Source: a virus (lineage: Duplodnaviria; Caudoviricetes). From it: a stretch of DNA of 25,210 bases. The notes under the pieces are model-generated. The model was given only the letters and a program-made list of their open reading frames with translations, was not told the origin of the DNA and made no database searches. The position numbers were made by a program, and so were the translations under genes. Position 1 is the first letter of the stretch. Each line of letters starts with the position of its first letter. Positions 9,311 to 17,301 of this stretch are shown piece after piece. The stretch covers positions 1 to 25,210 of IMG/VR virus record IMGVR_UViG_3300039180_000041; one strand, written 5' to 3'.

Positions 9311-10144
9311 CTAGTCCTCCAGTGCTTTAGCAACGGCTTTACGGCGACGGTGCAAATATTCGTCCGAGTCATCAGTGTCGCCATCGTTGTCGATATCCTT
9401 ATCTAGACGGTTGACGAACTTCTTTTTAACAGCTTTAGGCTGAACTTTGTCCAATCCTTCACCATCATCAGATTTCTTGTTAGTGTTGTCTTCAGCAACT
9501 TCTTCGTGACTACCACACTTGCTCTCATACATTTCGCTTACTTGCTTTTGAACATCTGCAATACTCTTACACTTAGAGTCGCAACCAAGACTTTTCTTTG
9601 CGTATGCAATAATCTTAGCATCTGGACCTGACATTTCTACGTCATCTCCGCCGAAGCTTGAAGAACCAATCTTCTTCATCTTGATACCAGCTGGTGCTTT
9701 ACCAGTAAAAGATTTTACAGTGATAGTGCCTTCAGACAAGCTATCATCTTCATCGCATTCGCAAGGCTCGCATTCGCAATCATCACAAGCTTCTTTTACG
9801 GCCTTAGCTTCACTGTAGCTTGCTTTTATTGCAGTAGGTTTAGCAGAAGCTTTGATTGCAGTAAGTACAGATTTTGCTGCCTTATCGTTTGTAGAGATTA
9901 AACCAATTTCAGGAGTAACATCTGTCACTACTGGCTTCTTCTTATCACCGTCGGCTTTATCAGCATGACGACCTTTGTGTCCGTCTGTCGCTTCTTCAAT
10001 TTCCTGTGGCTCCACTTCAACGATGGGCTCTTCTACAACAGCAGGAGCTTCAGGTGTTTTAAACCCTTGTCTAGCTAATTGCACTCCCATAGCATCTGCC
10101 ATACCTGGATGTAGTGGGGCTATATCTTTCGCTTTTTTAAACAT
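9311..10144 (-). CDS. low-complexity candidate internal head protein with Cys cluster and DxDxDG motif
   Basis: Strong RBS AAGGAG. Contains CDDCECEPCECD, DKDIDNDGDTDDSDEYL and several I/L-x-E sites. Confidence 0.65.
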   Translation of the reverse strand: MFKKAKDIAPLHPGMADAMGVQLARQGFKTPEAPAVVEEPIVEVEPQEIEEATDGHKGRHADKADGDKKKPVVTDVTPEIGLISTNDKAAKSVLTAIKASAKPTAIKASYSEAKAVKEACDDCECEPCECDEDDSLSEGTITVKSFTGKAPAGIKMKKIGSSSFGGDDVEMSGPDAKIIAYAKKSLGCDSKCKSIADVQKQVSEMYESKCGSHEEVAEDNTNKKSDDGEGLDKVQPKAVKKKFVNRLDKDIDNDGDTDDSDEYLHRRRKAVAKALED

Positions 10145-10170
10145 AATGTTTCTCCTTTATTTGTTAATAC

Positions 10171-10178
10171 TATTTATC
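10171..10178 (-). promoter_or_regulatory. probable late promoter variant (GATAAATA)
   Basis: One mismatch to TATAAATA, ~27 nt upstream of the ORF starting at 10144. Confidence 0.45.
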
Positions 10179-10509
10179 AGTTATCGACCTTAGATCCAGA
10201 ACGCCATTGATAGCACGACCAGTACTTAGCCTTCCATTTTGGACCAGGAGTATCACATCCATGACGGGCACGAAACGAAGCACGGCGACCGGGGTCATCT
10301 CGCTTTATCTCCATGTTAGGATCACCAAAGGTAACCTTAACAACATTGCCCTTATCATTATTGACATAAACTCCAAATTTCTTCTTTGAGCCAGTAGGAA
10401 GTCTGAATGGGTCATTTAGCTTAACCTTTCTTCCTTCGTACTCACTATCTTCTACAACGAGTTCTTCGCAACTACAGTCTTCTTTAATATAATTCCGAAA
10501 AGATTTCAT
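10177..10509 (-). CDS. candidate internal head protein (capsid-targeting N-terminus)
   Basis: Starts MKSFRNYIKE. Body VKVTFGDPNM...RRASFRARHGC...KYWSC is a recurrent viral domain of unknown function. Confidence 0.7.
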   Translation of the reverse strand: MKSFRNYIKEDCSCEELVVEDSEYEGRKVKLNDPFRLPTGSKKKFGVYVNNDKGNVVKVTFGDPNMEIKRDDPGRRASFRARHGCDTPGPKWKAKYWSCYQWRSGSKVDN

Positions 10510-10739
10510 TCTTCTTCTCCACTGTTCATCATATATCGATGTGCAGTGTTCAGGTAATCTGCGGCTTTCGTGATCTTATTCTGTACCCACTCAGGCAAAT
10601 TTTCCTCATCCTCAAACATCCCAATCATATGCTCTGCATCTGAAAGTATGCCTCTGAGTTGAGTCTTAGCCATTTCGCCTTCATTGTCGTATTCATTAGG
10701 GTCTTTGGCTTCTGCTACGAATGTCGCAAACGTTTTCAT
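10506..10739 (-). CDS. candidate internal head protein (capsid-targeting N-terminus)
   Basis: Starts MKTFATFVAE. Helical body EGEMAKTQL...LPEWVQNKITKAADYL. Confidence 0.7.
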   Translation of the reverse strand: MKTFATFVAEAKDPNEYDNEGEMAKTQLRGILSDAEHMIGMFEDEENLPEWVQNKITKAADYLNTAHRYMMNSGEEE

Positions 10740-10743
10740 GTGT

Positions 10744-11625
10744 CTATCCTAATAGTTTTTTCAGTGTAGCTGGACCGGCAATGCCGTCAGCAGTTAATCC
10801 GTGCTTTGCTTGAAAATCTCGTACGGCTCTCTTAGTACCTGGTCCAAATATTCCGTCATCTGTTAGACCTAGTTTAGCTTGTATAGCTTTTACAGTATCG
10901 TTATTGTCGCCTACTGATACAGTGACGTACTCCACTTTAGATGACCTACTTTTATTGGATACTGACTTACCGCCAAGTATCTCAATTGCGCTATCATAAC
11001 GAGATGTGCGGTCAGCTAGACCAATATCACCACCGTTAATAACTTTAGTCAATTTCTTAATATTGCCTGTGTCTGCGATAGCGTTCAATTTCTTGTTGTT
11101 CCAGAACCAGCAAGCACTTTCGATAGCACCTTTTTCAGTAGCTACATATTCAGCCGCTTGCTCTGCGCTCATCTTAACTGACTTACCAAATTTAGTATAG
11201 TTCTCACGTCCAGTAAGTTGCTTTAGTCCACGACCTCTGAACATCCAACCGTCACCTGGTTGCGTGTTTCCCATCTTATACTTACGAAACTCATCGTTGT
11301 ATACACGATTAGCAATCATCTCTGGGTTACGAGCATACTCGGAAGCACTAGCTTTAGGCGCTTTACCAAAATAACGACCGAACACTCTTAGAAGTGCATC
11401 TTCGCTATAGTTTAAATTCTCTTCTAACGATCTAAAGTTATTAGATTCATGGGCACACTGTGCGATGAAGCCTGCAATCCTCTCTACTGTATTGATCTCA
11501 TACTTAGGGAAGATTTCCTCAATAGCTTCGAACCACATGTCCACCTTATCATTGCCAGGTATCATTGCGGCAAGCATATCTTTAGTTAGTATTTTATCCA
11601 TTTTATTTTTCTTACTCCAAAACAT
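10744..11625 (-). CDS. endolysin: glycoside hydrolase family 19 domain plus C-terminal peptidoglycan-binding domain
   Basis: FIAQCAHES, GRGLKQLTGRENY, SACWFW and INGG GH19 motifs. C-terminal DGIFGPGT..AVRDFQ...DGIAGPAT (PG_binding_1). Confidence 0.92.
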   Translation of the reverse strand: MFWSKKNKMDKILTKDMLAAMIPGNDKVDMWFEAIEEIFPKYEINTVERIAGFIAQCAHESNNFRSLEENLNYSEDALLRVFGRYFGKAPKASASEYARNPEMIANRVYNDEFRKYKMGNTQPGDGWMFRGRGLKQLTGRENYTKFGKSVKMSAEQAAEYVATEKGAIESACWFWNNKKLNAIADTGNIKKLTKVINGGDIGLADRTSRYDSAIEILGGKSVSNKSRSSKVEYVTVSVGDNNDTVKAIQAKLGLTDDGIFGPGTKRAVRDFQAKHGLTADGIAGPATLKKLLG

Positions 11626-12056
11626 TATTCATTTATTCCTTTTGTGAAAGTTTTCGGGAAACTGTAAACGTGCTTCAGTAACTCTTTCACTTTAACATTT
11701 GACTGCATAACATCTATACTGCCACCTACATTCTTAGCCGCTAACCATCTATGATGTCCATCAATTATATAGCTGTCTGAACTAACGATGAGTGGCTTAG
11801 CCTTACCCAAAGTTTTAATACTAGATATCTTATCGACAATTTTGTCTACATTGAAATCGCTCTGTGTGGCTTTTAATTTTGTAGCCTTAACGCTTTTCTT
11901 CTGAACACTTACACCGTTCTTCTTAAGATGTGCTATCAACTCATCATAGTCCTTAGACCTGACTTGCGGCATCTTATCTCTCTTTATTCCGAGAGTATCT
12001 TTAGCATTAGGTCTTTCGACCCTCAACTCAGCGATATATGTTCTAAACTTCTTCAT
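11625..12056 (-). CDS. ParB/sulfiredoxin-like domain protein with capsid-targeting N-terminus
   Basis: PLIVSSDSYIIDGHHRWLA ParB-N motif. Starts MKKFRTYIAE. Confidence 0.8.
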   Translation of the reverse strand: MKKFRTYIAELRVERPNAKDTLGIKRDKMPQVRSKDYDELIAHLKKNGVSVQKKSVKATKLKATQSDFNVDKIVDKISSIKTLGKAKPLIVSSDSYIIDGHHRWLAAKNVGGSIDVMQSNVKVKELLKHVYSFPKTFTKGINE

Positions 12057-14608
12057 ACTTCAATCACTTTATCGCTAGTGCCAAAGTTCTTCTTACGCAT
12101 GATAGTCTTATTAACTACCTCGTATTCGTCTTTGTTCTTATCGTAGTTGATAACGATAGGCAGATTCAAATCAGCTTGCATGTCTTTCAACACAGCTTCA
12201 CTATCTGGATTCTGTCTAATCTCTACTGCCTTTCTCTTAGCGATCTTCTTAAATACTTTCTGTAACTCTGCTACAGTGATTGAAGGCTTGTTACGTGCAT
12301 CGTTCATACGATCTGCAAAGTGTCTAGTGAATTCGATATCGATCTTGAATTTAGCAAGTAGTCGATCACCAAACTTCTCTAAGTCGTTCAATTGCTTCTG
12401 TGTCACATCTTCGCTAAACATATCATCGAATGCTTCATTTATGTTATATGCTTCACCAGGAGTATCTTTCTTATAACGCTTAGTAACTTTATCTGTAGAT
12501 TGATCTCCAGCACCACCCTCTTCTTTCACATAGCCTTTTGGCAACATAGAAGCCAAAACTCTACCGTTAATGAACTTAGGATAGCTCTTAGCAATCTGTG
12601 CGGCATAGTACTCAGCACCGTGCTTCATTCCATTTTTACCACCCTCAATCTTCTTACGATCAAGTAAATCGACAAGGGCTTTTAAGGCATGTGTATAGGC
12701 TTTCTTATGTACTACTTTACCTAACTGATTCTTCATGTAGTCCGCAGGACTTTTCTCTGCGAATTCCTCTGATCTTGCGTTCTCGAAATCGTCATTAGTG
12801 GGAGCACCATCTGAGCCAGGCTTTCTCATCTTCTCTTTAGAGCCAGCTTTAATACGCTTACGCTTCTTGTGAATGTTATCCCATAGTCCACCCTTCTTGC
12901 CTTCGTCTATGTTAGCAATAGTAGCGTTGACGCATGAGAATGCCCACTGATGAATGTCCATAGTATCTGACTCAACGTATGTTTCCATAGCTTCTTCATA
13001 TACGTGCTGAATGATCTCTAGTTCGACTCCCGACTTAATCGACTTTGCTTCTAAGCTTTGCTCGATCTTATGCTCATCTAGTGTTACTTGGTCGAATATG
13101 TCATTAGCAGTTTCTTCTATGAAATTAATTAGTGCAGATTCGTCTGTAAACTCTTCTTTATTAATTTGACGAACTTTCTTACGCAACTCACGTGTCTGCA
13201 ATGCGTCCATAGACCTCTCATGCTCTCGACTCATATTCTCTCGCTCATCTTTGTGATGTAGCTTGAGTGTCTTTTCTGCATCAGTATTGGTACTAACCTC
13301 TTCTAGTGGCTCAACTTCAGGCTTCTTCTTATTACGGAATGCACGAAATCGCCTATCTAGTTTGATAGTGCCGTCTTTCTTTAACATCTCGTGATAACGT
13401 GGTCCTGTGCTACCTTCTTCTAAGAACGATTCAAATTCATTGTTGTAAGACTCACCAAGAAACAATTCGAACTCAGCGTTGTAAGACTCGCCCAAGAAGT
13501 TATCGAATTCAAAATCAATGGACTCTTTCTTGACGGCAGAACGTTTTGCTAGATCAGCTTTTCTTACCATAGGTAGAAGTCTTTTAGCAATCTTATCGAC
13601 AGCAGATTTCTTCTTCTCTACACGCTTGTCTATCATCATCTTCTCTCCAGGTCCAAGCTTGGCATAGTTCTCGCCCTTCTTTCCTGCTATCTTCTTACGA
13701 ATGATTACGATAGCCGCCTTTCTTGCTCGGGCTTTTAGTTTATCCATAGTTGCGGCTTTCTTAGCCATGCGCTTACGGGCTGCGGCAATCTTGCCTTTAT
13801 ACTTTCTCATTGTGAGTGATCGGGCACGTCTTTGTTGCATGTTTAATGCTTCGACCAAATCGTCATCTTCTTCCGTCATCTCAGCTATCTTCATGCCACC
13901 ACGAACCATATCGTAGATGTCTTGTGCGTCTGACTTAAGTTTCTTGGGTAGACCTTTACTGAATCCCGCTAAGTCGCCTTCAGATGCAAGTTTACGCATT
14001 ACAGAAGCAGACATATTAGCGGCACTTAAGTCCTTAGCTTTGTCTGAATCTGGGTCTGCTCGATTACCAGCAGATTGTACTTCGATCTCTTTGAGGGTGT
14101 AATCCTTACCGTTATATCTGTTAAGTAAAGTTTCAAAGTCTTTGACTCTATCACTACCTACGACAAGCACTACCTTCTCATAACTATTTTCCAGTTCTTG
14201 CATGATCTGAATGATAGTTCTAGATTTAGATTTTTGGATAATATTGTTGCCAAACGCCTTCTTCGCAATCATGATCTTATCGTCATAATCGAGTGGGTTC
14301 TTTTTAGGGTCTTGGCTATGTGATACGTAAATGATCGGAGTTGCTTTGATTTTCTTTGCAACAGCTTTGATCTTGTTTACTAGAATTTCGTGTCCAGATG
14401 TAATTGGATTCATTCTGCCCCAACCGAGAACTACAGTTCTCATGACGGCTTCTTCCAATCTTGGATTGATTTCGATAGCGTTCTTGTTGAGGAGCTCGTC
14501 CTCTGAGGATTTCTTAACGCTTTTCTTTTTTGCTTTGACTGGCTTATCGTCTTGCGGTGTGTCTGCGATAGCCTTTTCGTCTGACTTTTGTCCTATAACT
14601 TTGTCCAT
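12053..14608 (-). CDS. cytidylyltransferase-like (HIGH family) nucleotidyltransferase fused to a long modular extension
   Basis: WGRMNPITSGH (HIGH variant), VVGSDRV and MSASVMRK in aa ~56-240. The remaining ~600 aa is a string of small modules bounded by L/I-x-E sites. Confidence 0.8.
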   Translation of the reverse strand: MDKVIGQKSDEKAIADTPQDDKPVKAKKKSVKKSSEDELLNKNAIEINPRLEEAVMRTVVLGWGRMNPITSGHEILVNKIKAVAKKIKATPIIYVSHSQDPKKNPLDYDDKIMIAKKAFGNNIIQKSKSRTIIQIMQELENSYEKVVLVVGSDRVKDFETLLNRYNGKDYTLKEIEVQSAGNRADPDSDKAKDLSAANMSASVMRKLASEGDLAGFSKGLPKKLKSDAQDIYDMVRGGMKIAEMTEEDDDLVEALNMQQRRARSLTMRKYKGKIAAARKRMAKKAATMDKLKARARKAAIVIIRKKIAGKKGENYAKLGPGEKMMIDKRVEKKKSAVDKIAKRLLPMVRKADLAKRSAVKKESIDFEFDNFLGESYNAEFELFLGESYNNEFESFLEEGSTGPRYHEMLKKDGTIKLDRRFRAFRNKKKPEVEPLEEVSTNTDAEKTLKLHHKDERENMSREHERSMDALQTRELRKKVRQINKEEFTDESALINFIEETANDIFDQVTLDEHKIEQSLEAKSIKSGVELEIIQHVYEEAMETYVESDTMDIHQWAFSCVNATIANIDEGKKGGLWDNIHKKRKRIKAGSKEKMRKPGSDGAPTNDDFENARSEEFAEKSPADYMKNQLGKVVHKKAYTHALKALVDLLDRKKIEGGKNGMKHGAEYYAAQIAKSYPKFINGRVLASMLPKGYVKEEGGAGDQSTDKVTKRYKKDTPGEAYNINEAFDDMFSEDVTQKQLNDLEKFGDRLLAKFKIDIEFTRHFADRMNDARNKPSITVAELQKVFKKIAKRKAVEIRQNPDSEAVLKDMQADLNLPIVINYDKNKDEYEVVNKTIMRKKNFGTSDKVIEV
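13415..13525 (-). repeat. in-frame 36-bp tandem repeat (3 degenerate copies)
   Basis: GTTGTAAGACTC recurs at 13442 and 13478. Encodes ESIDFEFDNFLG/ESYNAEFELFLG/ESYNNEFESFLE. Confidence 0.8.
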
Positions 14609-14692
14609 TATTCCCTCTTTATCGTAGGTTTACCTAAGTCTAACTACAAATGTTTGGTGTAAAAGAGTCACCAATGTGTAGTGACTCATCTT

Positions 14693-14700
14693 TATTTATA
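14693..14700 (-). promoter_or_regulatory. T4-type late promoter TATAAATA
   Basis: Exact consensus, intergenic, upstream of the 851-aa ORF. Confidence 0.8.
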
Positions 14701-14711
14701 TAATACGATAA

Positions 14712-15191
14712 CTACTTAGACTGTTCGTATTCTTCTCTTAGTCGAATTGATCGTGCTGATAATGCATCATGCTCAATTTTCTCTTCAGCTAGTGCGATAC
14801 CAGAAGCAATAGTCCTAGCTTCAGCCTGAATAACATCTTCATGCATATTCTGGAGCATACGAATCTTGTCTTTATGCTCTTGCTCAATAATAGCTGGATC
14901 AACGTCATCTACGAATACATCAACTTGCATAGTTGGGACTTCGATTGAGGCTTGAATCACTGGGTCGTTGTCTGGACCGCCATGGGGTAATCCCTCTTCG
15001 AGTACCTGTGCAATGAAGTCTAGATCAGTATCTTCCACATCCATCTCTTCTTCAATCTTCTTGAGCGTGATAAATTCCTGAAGTTGAGCAACTAACTGAG
15101 ACTTTACTAGTCTTCGATCTAGTTCGATGCCGACGGTTCTTCCGTGCGACTCTAGTTGAGCTTTACTCATTGATTCGAATTCTTGTTCCAT
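14712..15191 (-). CDS. hypothetical acidic protein with N-terminal helix-extension-helix (Rho-N/SAP-like) segment
   Basis: MSKAQLESHGRTVGIELDRRLVKSQLVAQL N-terminus; RBS GGAG. Confidence 0.6.
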   Translation of the reverse strand: MEQEFESMSKAQLESHGRTVGIELDRRLVKSQLVAQLQEFITLKKIEEEMDVEDTDLDFIAQVLEEGLPHGGPDNDPVIQASIEVPTMQVDVFVDDVDPAIIEQEHKDKIRMLQNMHEDVIQAEARTIASGIALAEEKIEHDALSARSIRLREEYEQSK

Positions 15192-15194
15192 TAT

Positions 15195-15356
15195 CTATTT
15201 CTCCGACTTTGTGAATGTCCAGATACCGTATGCTAGTCCAGCCCAGGCTGCGATCTTTACGATACCACCAAACAAGATGACTGCCGCACAGCCAGCGATA
15301 ATAACACCAGCGTCTAGGCTAGTTCTTTCTACAAATCTTTCTTTTAACCAATTCAT
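15195..15356 (-). CDS. small membrane protein (53 aa), holin candidate
   Basis: Not in the ORF track. MNWLKERFVERTSLDAGVIIAGCAAVILFGGIVKIAAWAGLAYGIWTFTKSEK, with RBS AAGGAG and an upstream late promoter. Confidence 0.75.
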   Translation of the reverse strand: MNWLKERFVERTSLDAGVIIAGCAAVILFGGIVKIAAWAGLAYGIWTFTKSEK

Positions 15357-15382
15357 ATTATTTCTCCTTTTTTAAAATGCGA

Positions 15383-15407
15383 AAAGCAGGCATTAAAAGC
15401 CTGCTTT
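15383..15407. terminator. stem-loop, possible intrinsic terminator
   Basis: AAAGCAGGC-7 nt-GCCTGCTTT inverted repeat; only short T-runs follow. Confidence 0.45.
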
Positions 15408-15426
15408 ATATTAGACTCTTATAGTC

Positions 15427-15434
15427 TATTTATA
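15427..15434 (-). promoter_or_regulatory. T4-type late promoter TATAAATA
   Basis: Exact consensus upstream of the small membrane ORF. Confidence 0.7.
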
Positions 15435-15531
15435 TGAGAAATTAACCGAGCTGGCTGAAGTAAGAGTTTCTTCTGTCTAGCGGATGACGAATCACTCATC
15501 ATCACGATCATTATCAGTACTATTAGTCTAT

Positions 15532-15720
15532 TCACAGCTTCCCATTTTGGCGCATCAACATCAAAGCCTTTGCCTGTTCGTGATATCCCATTCTAGCTAA
15601 CTGAGAAGCGGCTCTTGCGGCACCCACTGATTCAAGTGTAGCGTATATGCCATCTAGTCTACGTGATAGCCAGGAACAAAAAGTGCAATAGTATACATTC
15701 ATAGTAGTCATTATACCCAT
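15532..15720 (-). CDS. small protein resembling Rhodobacteraceae conserved hypotheticals
   Basis: ESVGAARAASQLARMGYHEQAKALM motif. Coupled to the DUF1127 gene. Confidence 0.6.
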   Translation of the reverse strand: MGIMTTMNVYYCTFCSWLSRRLDGIYATLESVGAARAASQLARMGYHEQAKALMLMRQNGKL

Positions 15721-15941
15721 CCACGCAAATTAGGATTAGCATCTATCTGATGTGCAACTGTATGAATCATTCCTCTATGCAAACCAATATCTTTTAGTTC
15801 ACGATCAGAGAGTCTATTGAGTTCTTTGATGGTACTTCTGATTCTACGAGAGTCTGACATTTTAGTTAAGATTTTTTTGAATAAGGCTGTGATTGCTATT
15901 CCTACTTGCTGGGAATCTTCCACAGTCATGTGATGTGACAT
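15711..15941 (-). CDS. DUF1127 (YjiS-like) small protein
   Basis: RSTIKELNRLSDRELKDIGLHRGMI is the DUF1127 signature. C-terminal NPNLRGWV; RBS AGGAG. Confidence 0.85.
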   Translation of the reverse strand: MSHHMTVEDSQQVGIAITALFKKILTKMSDSRRIRSTIKELNRLSDRELKDIGLHRGMIHTVAHQIDANPNLRGWV

Positions 15942-15990
15942 TTATTGGTCTCCTGTTATATATGTCGTTGTTAGCTTGTGCTAACACATA

Positions 15991-15998
15991 TATTTATA
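15991..15998 (-). promoter_or_regulatory. T4-type late promoter TATAAATA
   Basis: Exact consensus ~50 nt upstream of the DUF1127 gene. Confidence 0.7.
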
Positions 15999-16067
15999 CA
16001 GGAAATTTCAATTTTCACTTCATTCGTTAATGACTTTTATGCATACTCGCCATGCGTCCGCTGACTA

Positions 16068-17300
16068 TTACTTCTGCCAGCCTTTGATGTACTCATCATT
16101 GAAGTTAGCGTTACTGAATGCAAGTCTATCAACTAGCTTAACTGCGTTCTTACCTACTCTATCGATTGCAACGAAGCCTTCTTGCTCAGTAACTTTGTAT
16201 CCATCAGCAGTCTTCAAGAATGTGCCAACGTTCTTAGCTCTATCTAGCTTACGAATGATTGTTAATTTAGCATCTACGATGAGGTTATATAACTCAAATA
16301 AACTTACGATCTGGCTCTTATCTGTATTAGAGAAGTATGATAGCACATCTTTGCGGCGCTCTTCTCTACTAGCTTTGCCCTTCTCCGTCTTTAACTTATC
16401 AATCTCTTTCTGATAGTATCCATAGATATAGTCCATCAACTCTGAAACAAACTTTGATGGGTCTTTAACTTTCTCGCCTGCACGTACTTTCACATTAACA
16501 AAGGTCTTAACTCTAGTAAGAAGTTCTTCGTTCTCTGTGATTCCATCAAACGTAGATCGCTTGATAGAGTTGAATTTCTTGCCCGCTTTAGATAGCGTAG
16601 CTGTAACACTTGCGGTCTCAGCTTTAGTCATCGTTGCTGTGCCAGAAACGTCTTTATAGATTGCGTCTACCGACCAGACTGCCCCCGAAGATTTGAGATT
16701 GCTTGCGATCTCCTTTCCAAAACTTGCAGACATTGATTCAAAAGATTTACCTCTGTATTCAGTGTGCCAAACCACACCGATCTCGGATCTGAGGATTTGT
16801 GAAGCAAGTTTGCTTTTCGCTGGTATCGCATAAACAATGGTATTAGGATGGAAAGTAATATACGATTCTCCACCAATATTAGCCTTCTTGATATCCTTTT
16901 TCGCATATAAGAAATCACCCTGTATCACCCCCTTAATATTCAATGCCGGCAAGTTCTTTAGTGCCAACTTCATTTTTATATTCAAATCACCCTTTGCGAT
17001 ATCATCATCGATATCTTTGTTAGTCTTGTATACTTTAGGATTCTTGTTGAAGATACCCTTCTTAGCAACAAAGAACTTGCCGTCAGATGGATCTGTACCC
17101 GCAAACACTGCTGGTGCTCCATCCCACTTCACTGTTACGTTAACAGCGGCTTTAGAATCTCCTGACAACATATCACGTAATGCACGTAGATAGTTGATAG
17201 ACTCCCTAGCTCCATTAACACCTGCGTTCAACAGATTGTCCTCAAGGTGCTCCATGTGAGTGTTCTTGTCTTCAGTCAAAAATGACGATAGGCGTATCAT
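16068..17300 (-). CDS. ligase-like covalent nucleotidyltransferase-fold protein with capsid-targeting N-terminus
   Basis: Start reassigned to ATG 17300 (GGAG RBS, MIRLSSFLTE). Motifs TVKWDG (I), IQGDFLY (III), EGFVA (IV) and AVKL (V). Confidence 0.65.
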   Translation of the reverse strand: MIRLSSFLTEDKNTHMEHLEDNLLNAGVNGARESINYLRALRDMLSGDSKAAVNVTVKWDGAPAVFAGTDPSDGKFFVAKKGIFNKNPKVYKTNKDIDDDIAKGDLNIKMKLALKNLPALNIKGVIQGDFLYAKKDIKKANIGGESYITFHPNTIVYAIPAKSKLASQILRSEIGVVWHTEYRGKSFESMSASFGKEIASNLKSSGAVWSVDAIYKDVSGTATMTKAETASVTATLSKAGKKFNSIKRSTFDGITENEELLTRVKTFVNVKVRAGEKVKDPSKFVSELMDYIYGYYQKEIDKLKTEKGKASREERRKDVLSYFSNTDKSQIVSLFELYNLIVDAKLTIIRKLDRAKNVGTFLKTADGYKVTEQEGFVAIDRVGKNAVKLVDRLAFSNANFNDEYIKGWQK

Positions 17301-17301
17301 A

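Noticed and set aside
15419-15535. Possible 38-aa GTG-start ORF overlapping the stop of the 62-aa gene
   Set aside because: Short, weak RBS, no recognisable features, and it runs across a late promoter.
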